A DNA stretch of 63,568 bases from Candidatus Bruticola sp. Lineage in GTDB: Bacteria > Vulcanimicrobiota > Xenobia > Xenobiales > Xenobiaceae. Below, one piece after another: positions 29,721 through 38,604 of this stretch. The notes below the pieces were generated by a model. It was not told the origin of the DNA and searched no databases. It was given only the letters and a program-made list of their open reading frames with translations. The translations under genes were made by a program, and so were the position numbers. The stretch lies in NCBI GenBank assembly GCA_051874735.1, contig JBJEGD010000005.1, positions 1 through 63,568 on the forward strand. Direction: 5' to 3'. Positions within the stretch are counted from its first letter, which is position 1. Each line of letters begins with the position of its first letter.

Positions 29721-31226
29721 GTGGGTAGTATGATTAACGTTAACTTATTAGCCCATAATTATATCCAAGCTTCCCAGGCAATCAGCTCAAACGAAATTAC
29801 ATCTGTAGCTTCTGTTTCAACTGAACATAATACCATACAAGACAGTCTTAAACTGAGCAGCTCTCAAGCTGAGGCCGCCCCACACAGCAGCGACGCCGAT
29901 ATTTTAGCCAGACGTTTAGTGGGCAAACGTGGAGATCCCTCAGAAGTAACTATCCTCACAGCTACTAAGGGTAACGACCAAATCACGGTATCTCCTGATA
30001 AAAATGGCGGTATAACTGTCGATATAAATGGCGATAAGAACAGTTTCACCTCTACCGAAGCAAAAAAACTAGTTATTGACGCCTCAGACGGAAACGACAA
30101 GATCATAGTGCAAGAAGAAGTTCGCGTGCCTTTGTTTATAACCGGAGGAAAAGGCCACGACTTTATTGAGGGCGGTTCCGGCGATGATACCATTATCGAT
30201 AATTACGGTCAAAATGAAATTCACGGCCAGCGTGGCAACGATACTATTATCGCTGGGGGATTCGATCTTGACAGCAGTTCCCCAGTAATCGAAACGATCG
30301 ACGGACGCTCCATCAACGGCAACGTAATTACCGGAGGCTTGGGAAGAGACTATATAGAAGGCAGCAATCAAAACGATCACCTTTCCGATGAAGGAGGAGG
30401 AGCCGTAGTATATGGCCTAGACGGCAACGATCTTATTGAAGTTTCCTCAGGACAAAATTATGTAGACGGCGGCCATGGTAACGATATTATTTCGGCAGCT
30501 GGCGGCCACAATATGCTCTTTGGCGGACGCGACAGCGATACTATTTCACTGAACGGCGGTTCCGGCGTCATAGTTGACGGCAGCGGTCACAACAACATAC
30601 AAACTGCTAATGAAAGCAGAGCTAAAATATACGCCTCTGCCCAAACTGAATTAAAGCTTGGCAGTAGCCCTTCTGTAGAAGAGATAACTTCATCTGAAGT
30701 TCCTCAATTTTTATCAATCAGCGGAGATATTTCTTTCCAAAATCGCGTAAATAGCGATTTAGAAGCCTTAAGCGATATTCCTATAGGTCAAAAAGCTTAC
30801 AACGTGATCAATGAAACTGGGCACAAAGTAAATATTTCTGAGACTCCCAACGGAAACCAATGCAGTTCCGGTGCCGATGGTTACTACGATCATGAAGCCA
30901 AAGAAGCCAATACAGGTTCTGATTCCACCATATACTATAATAGGGCCTCGATCTCTCTAAATGCCGATGAGAATTGGCGGGAGCGTCCTCCTTTAGTTGG
31001 TTTCCATCACGAACTTATGCATTCTTACAATGCCGCTTCGGGGACTATGGACAATTGGGCCTACGATCCTTACAGCAACTGCTATGCAGACGGCCCCTTC
31101 GGAGTAGTTGGCGCAGAACTACAAGCGGTTGGAATTGATCACGCTTTAGTTCAACCTAATCCTGAAGGACTGTCAGAAAATTCTATGCGTGCTTTTCTTG
31201 GCTTAGCTCGAAGAGAACGTTATTAG
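29721..31226 (+). CDS. RTX-type Ca-binding repeat protein with C-terminal M91-family zinc metallopeptidase
   Basis: GGxGxD repeats (GGKGHD, GGSGDD, GGHGND); RPPLVGFHHELMH, ELQAVG, SENSMR.FLG...R.RY. Confidence 0.8.
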   Translation: MGSMINVNLLAHNYIQASQAISSNEITSVASVSTEHNTIQDSLKLSSSQAEAAPHSSDADILARRLVGKRGDPSEVTILTATKGNDQITVSPDKNGGITVDINGDKNSFTSTEAKKLVIDASDGNDKIIVQEEVRVPLFITGGKGHDFIEGGSGDDTIIDNYGQNEIHGQRGNDTIIAGGFDLDSSSPVIETIDGRSINGNVITGGLGRDYIEGSNQNDHLSDEGGGAVVYGLDGNDLIEVSSGQNYVDGGHGNDIISAAGGHNMLFGGRDSDTISLNGGSGVIVDGSGHNNIQTANESRAKIYASAQTELKLGSSPSVEEITSSEVPQFLSISGDISFQNRVNSDLEALSDIPIGQKAYNVINETGHKVNISETPNGNQCSSGADGYYDHEAKEANTGSDSTIYYNRASISLNADENWRERPPLVGFHHELMHSYNAASGTMDNWAYDPYSNCYADGPFGVVGAELQAVGIDHALVQPNPEGLSENSMRAFLGLARRERY

Positions 31227-31289
31227 CAGGTAGCTATCTTCCGCTAAAAGACGCCACCTAAGTATACAGATCTATATAAATAAAAAGCA

Positions 31290-31326
31290 AAAGGCGTCCG
31301 CAGCTCATCAAACTGCGGACGCCTTT
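31290..31326. terminator. Bidirectional intrinsic terminator
   Basis: AAAGGCGTCCGCAG ... CTGCGGACGCCTTT perfect stem between convergent genes. Confidence 0.85.
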
Positions 31327-31373
31327 ATATTCAACTTCAAAACGCCATATTGGCGCTGAAAATATTACTGCAT

Positions 31374-32126
31374 TTACAAGGCCTCTTTAAACACTCTCTT
31401 GGCGCCTAAATAACGAGCAGCATAGTAAGGCTGGCTTAAACGGCTTATGGTAACCCCTTTACTGGAAGAGGCATGAATAAACTTACCATCGCCAATATAA
31501 ATTCCCACATGAGAGGGGCCAGGAAGATAAGTTTCAAAGAAAACTAAGTCACCGGGCATTTCAGCACCGAAGGGAACTTTTACTCCTACTCCGTACTGCA
31601 CATCAGCAGTGCGCGGCAGACTCACGCCATACATTTCGTACATTTTCATAGTAAACCCGGAGCAGTCGAAAGATCCGTTACCCGTCCCACCAAATACGTA
31701 AGGAGTTCCTAGGTATTTGTGAGCGTTGTCTACTAAACGTCCATTCACGCCCATACCACCGCGATAAGCTAACTGCCCTCTATGGCGATTTCCAGCACGA
31801 TTCACTTCAGAGACGTCTAAATTCACAAGACTGGGAGAAGGCAGATCTTGCTCAAGTTTAGCTAAAATTTCCTTTTCTTGAGCTTTAGTAAGAATTTCGT
31901 CGTCGGGGCTGTTTGGTACAACAATAACGACGCCAGGTTTGAAACCAGATTGTTTAAGCTTTGGGTTTACCTTATTAATCTGCTCAGGAGTCACATTGTA
32001 CTTAGCAGCTACTCTATCTATCGTATCGCGCTCTCTGATTGAATAGACCACATCAGCTTCAGCGCTGATTCCAGCACTGAGGCAGCACAACAAAGAAAAA
32101 GCTGCAAAAAACTTAGCGATACTCAC
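31374..32126 (-). CDS. LysM + NlpC/P60 cell-wall endopeptidase
   Basis: Signal peptide; LysM (YSIRERDTI..VA.KY); GTPYVFGG, FDCSGF, HVGIY, FIHASS. Confidence 0.93.
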   Translation of the reverse strand: MSIAKFFAAFSLLCCLSAGISAEADVVYSIRERDTIDRVAAKYNVTPEQINKVNPKLKQSGFKPGVVIVVPNSPDDEILTKAQEKEILAKLEQDLPSPSLVNLDVSEVNRAGNRHRGQLAYRGGMGVNGRLVDNAHKYLGTPYVFGGTGNGSFDCSGFTMKMYEMYGVSLPRTADVQYGVGVKVPFGAEMPGDLVFFETYLPGPSHVGIYIGDGKFIHASSSKGVTISRLSQPYYAARYLGAKRVFKEAL

Positions 32127-32461
32127 AAATAATCTCCATAAATAAAATAAAGGAGACGACTGTCCTCGCCTAGCCTACACTCCGAGTTAAGTCTTTTATC
32201 TAACTAACAAATCTATCTAACTAAAAAAGTTCAGATAAAAAACCTAATTCAGCTATGGTCGACGTTGCTCCGACAGTCATCCGAGCGGCCCGCAGATTCG
32301 TTGACACCACATTTTATTCCTGCATAAGCGACAAGTTTTCCCTTAGTTTTACTTAATTAGGCACTATTTATACGACTTTTAATATACATATTCTAATGCA
32401 CATATGACGGATCAGCGAAAAAATAAACAAAAAATATATAACCATTGAGACCAAAATACAC

Positions 32462-32490
32462 TTGACATAATAATTTTCAAAGAATATACT
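32462..32490 (+). promoter_or_regulatory. Sigma70-type promoter for the tRNA operon
   Basis: TTGACA-17nt-TATACT upstream of tRNA-Gly. Confidence 0.8.
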
Positions 32491-32531
32491 CTTTGTGCGC
32501 AAGGCGGGGGTCAGGCGCGGATGTTTTTTTT

Positions 32532-32606
<75 letters not shown>

Positions 32607-32631
32607 CAGCCTGAATGATGCGCGAAGATAC

Positions 32632-32707
32632 GCTGAGATAGCTCAGTAGGTAGAGCACGTCCTTGGTAAGGACGAGGTCGACAGTTCGAGCCTGTTTCTC
32701 AGCTCCA
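32632..32707 (+). tRNA. tRNA-Thr(GGT) copy 1
   Basis: Anticodon arm CGTCC-TTGGTAA-GGACG, GTTCGA, CCA end. Confidence 0.97.
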
Positions 32708-32750
32708 TGCTAATAAGCGAGTTGTCTTCGTGTAACATTCAGCATTTTAT

Positions 32751-32826
32751 GCTGAGATAGCTCAGTAGGTAGAGCACGTCCTTGGTAAGGACGAGGTCGA
32801 CAGTTCGAGCCTGTTTCTCAGCTCCA
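32751..32826 (+). tRNA. tRNA-Thr(GGT) copy 2
   Basis: Identical to 32632-32707. Confidence 0.97.
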
Positions 32827-33047
32827 TGTACCTCTTGTGTCTTTGCAGTGTGCCTGAGGGCATGTTCTGTAAACATAGAGTTAACAGTCCAAACAAAAGA
32901 GCGGCTTAGGTTGTTCTTTTTTGGGCGGGTGGGGCCTCTAGTGAAAAAGGGTTCTGGAGTAATCTGTGAAGCCATGATATGGCGGGATTGCTGTCAGGGC
33001 TCTTTTTTTGAGTTTGCCGCCAAATAGCTAACCAAGGAGAGTCAATA

Positions 33048-33212
33048 ATGGCTAAAAAAGAAGTGCGTGTAATTATAAACTTAGCCTGCCAGAGTTGCAA
33101 GCGCCGTAATTACGCGACTAAAAAGAACAAACAAAACGATCCCGATCGCATGGAGATCAAAAAATACTGCCGTTTTTGCAAAAAGCACACGCTTCACAAG
33201 GAGACTAAGTAA
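33048..33212 (+). CDS. rpmG: 50S ribosomal protein L33 (Zn-ribbon, C+ type); not in the ORF track
   Basis: Translated by hand: [54 protein letters not shown]; AGGAG RBS. Confidence 0.96.
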   Translation: MAKKEVRVIINLACQSCKRRNYATKKNKQNDPDRMEIKKYCRFCKKHTLHKETK

Positions 33213-33214
33213 TC

Positions 33215-33556
33215 GTGGCTAGTTCCGGCAGCACAGCGCGCAGTAAAGCCCGCCGCAGCGGAATAAAAAAAGATCAGGCCCCAGCGGCGAACGCAGCAAA
33301 ATCTTCGGAATCAAATACTTCTAAGAAAAATACCTCTCTTCATGAAACTACCGGCATAGTCGGGTTATACGATCGGACTGTAAAGTTTTTGGGTTCGGTC
33401 AAAGATGAATGGGGCCGTGTTTCTTGGCCTTCGCTTCCGGAGCTTAGAACTGCCACTATAGTAGTGCTGGTCACTCTAATTCTGGTTTCCGCTTATATGG
33501 GAGTCGTTAATAAAATACTAACCGCACTGTTTGGCACTGCCGACGTACCGGTATAG
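33215..33556 (+). CDS. secE: Preprotein translocase subunit SecE
   Basis: V..EW.RVSWPS..EL...T.VV followed by one TM; canonical position. Confidence 0.92.
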   Translation: MASSGSTARSKARRSGIKKDQAPAANAAKSSESNTSKKNTSLHETTGIVGLYDRTVKFLGSVKDEWGRVSWPSLPELRTATIVVLVTLILVSAYMGVVNKILTALFGTADVPV

Positions 33557-33656
33557 CCAAACTAGATTGAGAGTTTTTATAACTCCAGATTGCGGAACGC
33601 AGGTTCTACTGGAACAACAGAAAGCTAAAAGCTTAGTTTGATTCGCCTAAAGGTGT

Positions 33657-34328
33657 ATGAGCATGACAGAAGATGAAATAACGCGCGCTGAGGAGTCTGA
33701 GACTGAGTTATCAGTCCCTGCTGCTGAAGAGGAAGTCTCGGAAGCGGAAGTAGGGAGCGCCCCCGAATTTGACGAGAACGATCCCGACGCCCCTAAATGG
33801 TACGTAGTCCATACTTACTCAGGGTACGAGAATAAAGTTTCTGAAAACCTTACCAAGCGTATTTTGACTCAAAATATGCGTGACCAGATTTTCCAAGTTC
33901 TGGTGCCGGTCGAGGAAGAGGTCAGCTTCAGCACTGACGGAAACAAGAAGCAGAAAAAGCGTACCATCAAGAGGAAACTTTATCCCGGCTACGTTCTCAT
34001 TCAAATGAAGATGAACGACCGTTCTTGGTATGTTGTCCGCAACACTCCCGGTGTAACCGGCTTTGTCAGCCCTGGTCTGAAACCCGTTCCCCTCCCTCAC
34101 GATGAGGTAGAGAGAATTAAACAATTGATGGGGTTATCTGCGCCTAAGAAGATAAAGCTTGAGTTGGAGATCGGTCAACCAGTCCACATTCTCAGCGGTG
34201 CTTTTCAGAATCATACTGGCAGAGTTATTAAAGTTGATCCAAAGAGTGAAAAACTTACGGTCAATGTCGAGTTTTGTTGTCGTGAAGTTAAACACACTCT
34301 TGAATTTGGTCAAGTTGAAAAAATCTAG
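33657..34328 (+). CDS. nusG: Transcription elongation factor NusG
   Basis: WYVVHTYSGYENKV, YPGYVL, VRNTPGVTGFV; KOW domain; canonical position. Confidence 0.96.
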   Translation: MSMTEDEITRAEESETELSVPAAEEEVSEAEVGSAPEFDENDPDAPKWYVVHTYSGYENKVSENLTKRILTQNMRDQIFQVLVPVEEEVSFSTDGNKKQKKRTIKRKLYPGYVLIQMKMNDRSWYVVRNTPGVTGFVSPGLKPVPLPHDEVERIKQLMGLSAPKKIKLELEIGQPVHILSGAFQNHTGRVIKVDPKSEKLTVNVEFCCREVKHTLEFGQVEKI

Positions 34329-34413
34329 CCGCTGTCTTGTCCGCAGCATGGCAGCCTTGAAGGCTTCCCTGCTTATGGAGAGTACAGCTTCAGCTGCAGA
34401 GGTGTAAAAAAAA

Positions 34414-34839
34414 ATGGCAAAGAAAGTAAAAGCCATCGTTAAATTGCAAATTCCCGCGGGAAAAGCTAATCCCGCCCCCCCTGTTGGTCCTGCTCTGGGT
34501 CAGCACGGTCTCAACATTATGGAGTTCGTTAAACAGTATAACGAGCGCACTTCCAAAGATGTAGGAATGATTATCCCTGTAGAAATAACTGTCTACGAAG
34601 ATAAGACCTTCTCTTTCATTACCAAGACCCCCCCGGCCAAAACATTACTTCTTAAGGAAGCCGGAATTCAGCACGGTTCCGCCAAGCCCAACACAACCAA
34701 GGTTGGCACCGTAACATCTGCCCAGATTCGCAAGATTGCTGAGATCAAAATGAAAGATCTCAACGCTAACGATATCGAAGCTGCCATGAAGATCATCGCC
34801 GGCACCGCCCGCAGCGCTGGTATCGTCGTAGAAGGGTAA
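34414..34839 (+). CDS. rplK: 50S ribosomal protein L11
   Basis: [30 protein letters not shown]. Confidence 0.99.
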   Translation: MAKKVKAIVKLQIPAGKANPAPPVGPALGQHGLNIMEFVKQYNERTSKDVGMIIPVEITVYEDKTFSFITKTPPAKTLLLKEAGIQHGSAKPNTTKVGTVTSAQIRKIAEIKMKDLNANDIEAAMKIIAGTARSAGIVVEG

Positions 34840-34877
34840 TTAGAAACTATTTTGTGTGTGCCTAAACGGAGGCACAA

Positions 34878-34918
34878 GTGGGAGGGTTGAAGAGTTCTTA
34901 TTCAGCCTGCAGCACCAC
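34878..34918 (+). promoter_or_regulatory. Putative L1-binding autoregulatory RNA element
   Basis: GTGGGAG ... ACCAC closing a hairpin immediately before the rplA RBS, as in known L1 operator sites. Confidence 0.7.
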
Positions 34919-34932
34919 ATTGGAGGTTTAAA

Positions 34933-35643
34933 GTGGCGAAGAAAAGCAAGAAATTCGCAGAAGCATTAAAGCAAATCGAAAAAGGTAAAATGTACACCCT
35001 CGCTGAGGCCGTCGAATTAGTTAAAAGACTCTCCTACGCTAAGTTCGATGAGACTATAGAGGCTCACTTCCACCTTGGTATCGATTGCAAAAAATCTGAC
35101 CAAAATATCCGCGGCACCATCGTTTTGCCTCACGGCACCGGTAAGAGCCTTCGCATTTGCGTCATAACCAAAGCTGACAAAATCGAAGCTGCCGAACAAG
35201 CTGGAGCCGATGTCGCTGGTTTCGAAGATGTAATTGCCAAAATTAAATCTGGCTGGTCTGATTTTGACATCTGCGTAGCTACTCCCGACGTAATGGGCAT
35301 CATTGGTAAAGAGCTCGGTCGTGTGTTGGGTCCGCGTATGCCTAACCCGAAGTCCGGCACTGTAACTCCCGATCTGCCCAAGACCATCTCTGAGTTTAAG
35401 AGGGGCAAGCTCGAGTACCGCAACGACAAGCACAACTGCGTTCACAGCATTTTAGGTAAAGTTAGCTTCGATTCTGAAAAGATCGAGCAAAACTTCCGCA
35501 CTTTGTTTGATGCCATTTTGAAAGCTCGTCCCGTAGCCGTAAAGGGAACCTACGTTCGTTCCATTTATCTGACTACTTCTATGGGTCCCAGCATCAGCGT
35601 TGATGTTCTCAACGCTACTCAGTCCGCTGCTACCGCTCGCTAG
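34933..35643 (+). CDS. rplA: 50S ribosomal protein L1
   Basis: KFDETIE, RGTIVLPHGTG, MPNPKSGTVT, SMGPS. Confidence 0.98.
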   Translation: MAKKSKKFAEALKQIEKGKMYTLAEAVELVKRLSYAKFDETIEAHFHLGIDCKKSDQNIRGTIVLPHGTGKSLRICVITKADKIEAAEQAGADVAGFEDVIAKIKSGWSDFDICVATPDVMGIIGKELGRVLGPRMPNPKSGTVTPDLPKTISEFKRGKLEYRNDKHNCVHSILGKVSFDSEKIEQNFRTLFDAILKARPVAVKGTYVRSIYLTTSMGPSISVDVLNATQSAATAR

Positions 35644-35667
35644 AAGCAACTTGACTAACTAAAAGAG

Positions 35668-35705
35668 AAGCACTCCTCTCCTTCAAGAGAGGTAGTGCTT
35701 TTTTT
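35668..35705 (+). terminator. Intrinsic terminator after rplA
   Basis: AAGCACT.CTCTC ... GAGAGG.AGTGCTT followed by a T-run. Confidence 0.8.
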
Positions 35706-35836
35706 ATTAATTGAGCTTCATCAACTGTTAGTGCCTTATCAAAACAAATCAGAAGAGTACCATAAACTGCCATAACACCTAAGCTGATTATCCCAGAGAA
35801 TATATAGAAAAAAAATAAAAAAGCGGTACAAATCCC

Positions 35837-35864
35837 TTGACTTCACCCGATAATACAGTATAAT
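35837..35864 (+). promoter_or_regulatory. Sigma70 promoter of tRNA-Ala copy 1
   Basis: TTGACT-16nt-TATAAT. Confidence 0.75.
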
Positions 35865-35876
35865 TATGGCGTTCCT

Positions 35877-35952
35877 GGGGTTATAGCTCAGTTGGGAGAG
35901 CACTTGCATGGCATGCAAGGGGTCAAGGGTTCAAGTCCCTTTAGCTCCACCA
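35877..35952 (+). tRNA. tRNA-Ala(GGC) copy 1
   Basis: Acceptor GGGGTTA/TAGCTCC with G3:U70, anticodon arm CTTGC-ATGGCAT-GCAAG, CCA. Confidence 0.97.
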
Positions 35953-36220
35953 AATAAAAAGTGTATACAAGGTCGTATTAAGACCAATCAAGAAAATAGT
36001 CTGCTTCTTGTAGTACAGAAGTAGGCTATCTTTAGTTTCGGATGATTTTATGGCGGCGTATAGATAAGATGCGCAGCTCAACAGAACACATAGTATTCGG
36101 GATATGGAAATATCCGATGACTTGTGACAGCCCCATCTCTTAGGTTTTCTTATAGCTAGTATAGCCAATAGTTATTCTCCATATATATACAATGCGTTAT
36201 AAAAAAATTGCAGTTATGTC

Positions 36221-36248
36221 TTGACTTCACCCGATAATATAGTATAAT
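36221..36248 (+). promoter_or_regulatory. Sigma70 promoter of tRNA-Ala copy 2
   Basis: TTGACT-16nt-TATAAT, nearly identical to 35837-35864. Confidence 0.75.
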
Positions 36249-36260
36249 TATAGCGTTCCT

Positions 36261-36336
36261 GGGGTTATAGCTCAGTTGGGAGAGCACTTGCATGGCATGC
36301 AAGGGGTCAAGGGTTCAAGTCCCTTTAGCTCCACCA
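36261..36336 (+). tRNA. tRNA-Ala(GGC) copy 2
   Basis: Identical to 35877-35952. Confidence 0.97.
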
Positions 36337-36883
36337 AGTAAAAATGTATATAGGGTCGCATTGAGACCGATCAAAAGATAGTCTCCTTCTTGTAGTACAG
36401 AAGGGGGCTTTTTTTGATATTTCTACGTGGAGCACAGCAGACAAACTACCGCATCACAGTACCTTTGTTGAGAAAATTAAATCGACCTTAAATCTCATTA
36501 CCAATATAACAATACCTCAATAAGGACAGACATTGTCCTTGTCGGATACTCCTACTAAACGGACCAGTAGAGTTTAGCTTAAGCTACATCCTTCAACCAC
36601 TAAATATATTAGTTTAAACGCCAACATAAATATGGCTGCATTCTTGAATAATTATACAATCTGCCATTAGAGCTTGACAAAATTGTATATATTATCGCAG
36701 GGAATCTTCCTAAAGACGGCGAAAATAGCCATGCATTGTGCATAAAACTCAGTACTTCTGGTATTCATTATCGGAGGTTAGCTTCTGACATTTTATAGTC
36801 ATAAGCAAAGTAGAGGTCGTGTTTCGTCACTTTTTACGACAGTAACTGTTGGCGAAAACCGGCTGATTTCAGGAGACGTAGAT

Positions 36884-37177
36884 ATGGCATATCGGCCTTG
36901 CAGATTCCGCAGCTCAGTATTAGGCATCTTCCAATGTGAAAAACATATGTTCCAGCACTCAAGCCCCGAAATTTATAGTGAGCTATATGAGTTTTGTTAC
37001 GACAACGTTCCTGATCGTTTCTGTGGATACGTCGATTTTGGTTTCAGCCTGGAAGGTGAAACTCCGAGAATTTTTATTAATTGCACCCACCCATACCAGT
37101 CTCGTCCTATGCAGAGCTTCAGAGATTGCCTAGAGGATTGCGATTATCACGATAAAGAAGGCGAATCGCTCGGCTAA
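36884..37177 (+). CDS. Small Cys-rich hypothetical protein (candidate radical SAM substrate or partner)
   Basis: AGGAG RBS; 97 aa with 7 Cys; lies 90 nt upstream of the RRE-rSAM gene. Confidence 0.7.
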   Translation: MAYRPCRFRSSVLGIFQCEKHMFQHSSPEIYSELYEFCYDNVPDRFCGYVDFGFSLEGETPRIFINCTHPYQSRPMQSFRDCLEDCDYHDKEGESLG

Positions 37178-37267
37178 CAAAAATCAGTAGTTAGACAAGC
37201 TATGAGTTGAATGTGGGGGTGCTTTTGTTGCGCCTAGTGTAGGTGGCATTTTGTTGATGTTTATCTA

Positions 37268-38602
37268 ATGACAAATTTACCAGCAGAATTAAAAAGTAGG
37301 ATAGCAACAGCCCCATGTGTCTTGCGGCGAGATTCATGTGGCTGTGTTGTCTACCGCAGATCACGAAAAGACTATTTTACTTTTGACAAAGAAGCGTTGG
37401 AAATTTTGTTGGCATGTCAAAAAGAAAATGCCGATCGAGCTTACGATCTTCTTCCCGAAGAGGTTCGCAGGAATACAAGCAAGACATCTTACATTCAGTT
37501 TGTAATGCTGGCTTCTGAACTAGGCCTTATAGAAAACGGACGTTTTGTCGGCGTTGCTCTGAATAACGAGTTCGTTAATTCTCGAAGCCACCTAAGTGCT
37601 CCCCTACGGGTTCACCTGCAATTAACTAAGTATTGCAATTTAAATTGTCCTTATTGCTGGGCTGATGCTGGAAAGTCTCGCCAGCATGAGTTAACCTTAC
37701 CACAACTGGACAGATTGTTCAGCCAGCTGTGTACCATGGGTGTATTCATCTTAGATATAGGCGGAGGGGAACCTTTAGCAAGGAAAGATTTTTCCAAAGT
37801 AGTGGCTTTAGCCAACGATTACGGCATGTGTGTCAACGTGTCGACTAATGCTACTATAGCCACTAAATCTATGGAAGAACAACTCTCTAAAGTAAAAATA
37901 AATTCCTTCTGCATAAGCATGGATGCTGGCAGTGAAAAAATTTACGATAACATACGCGGCGTGCGATCTTATCGCAAAGCCATGCGCGGTATAGCTCACC
38001 TGCGTAGTGCCTGTCCTGAAGCTAGTTTCAACTTCCATGTAACCCTCTTCAAAGGTAATTATTCCGAAATCCCCTCCATAGTCAAGAAGGCGGAAGAACT
38101 GAAAGTTAATAAATTAATTTTTAGTATAGCTCTTCCTGTGGGGCGAGCAGCATCTTATAGAGACAAACTTTTCGGACCCGATGAAATTCTTAAGCCTATC
38201 GAAATTATCAACAATATACCAAAAAATAAGCAGTTAGATATAGAAATGGAGTCTCCTACTCCTCCGAAATTTCATAAATTACGGGTTTTTGATGGTTTAG
38301 GATGCGAGTGCGGTCGTACGATCGTTCATATTTCATCTAACGGACTAGTTTATCCCAGCGCTATGCTAAGTGCGTATCCTGCCTGGACAGCTGGAAATAT
38401 TCTCGAGACTAGCTTTTTTGAGATTTGGAACAAATCGGCAGTTTTGGAATCATGGCGATCCGATGCAGTGTGCCGTAAGTGCAAGGCTTGCGATAGAGTA
38501 GATTCGTGTCGGGGAGGATGTCGAACGAGAGCATTTGTCTTCAAAAAAGACATGAAAGCTAAAGATCCGTTTTGCACCTTTTCTGGCGATCCTCAAAACT
38601 AA
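37268..38602 (+). CDS. Radical SAM/SPASM enzyme with N-terminal RRE/PqqD-like domain
   Basis: CNLNCPYC, GGGEP, STN; SPASM CECG ... CKACDRVDSCRGGCR ... DPFC. Confidence 0.92.
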   Translation: MTNLPAELKSRIATAPCVLRRDSCGCVVYRRSRKDYFTFDKEALEILLACQKENADRAYDLLPEEVRRNTSKTSYIQFVMLASELGLIENGRFVGVALNNEFVNSRSHLSAPLRVHLQLTKYCNLNCPYCWADAGKSRQHELTLPQLDRLFSQLCTMGVFILDIGGGEPLARKDFSKVVALANDYGMCVNVSTNATIATKSMEEQLSKVKINSFCISMDAGSEKIYDNIRGVRSYRKAMRGIAHLRSACPEASFNFHVTLFKGNYSEIPSIVKKAEELKVNKLIFSIALPVGRAASYRDKLFGPDEILKPIEIINNIPKNKQLDIEMESPTPPKFHKLRVFDGLGCECGRTIVHISSNGLVYPSAMLSAYPAWTAGNILETSFFEIWNKSAVLESWRSDAVCRKCKACDRVDSCRGGCRTRAFVFKKDMKAKDPFCTFSGDPQN

Positions 38603-38604
38603 GT

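Noticed and set aside
32130-32310. c-di-AMP (ydaO) or yybP-ykoY riboswitch call
   Set aside because: Only short fragments resemble the consensus (GAATC, TAACTCGG, TAGGCG) and the core motifs are missing. Kept as an unassigned leader.
35836-36415. attL/attR of an element integrated at tRNA-Ala
   Set aside because: Both copies are full length with their own promoters, the spacer is short, and no integrase is present.
36809-36880. Lysine riboswitch-like start (AGTAGAGGT)
   Set aside because: Too short before the next RBS and lacks the remaining conserved helices.
36884-37177. Mycofactocin precursor MftA
   Set aside because: The internal DRFCGYV only loosely echoes the C-terminal IDGMCGVY, and no mftD/E/F genes are nearby.
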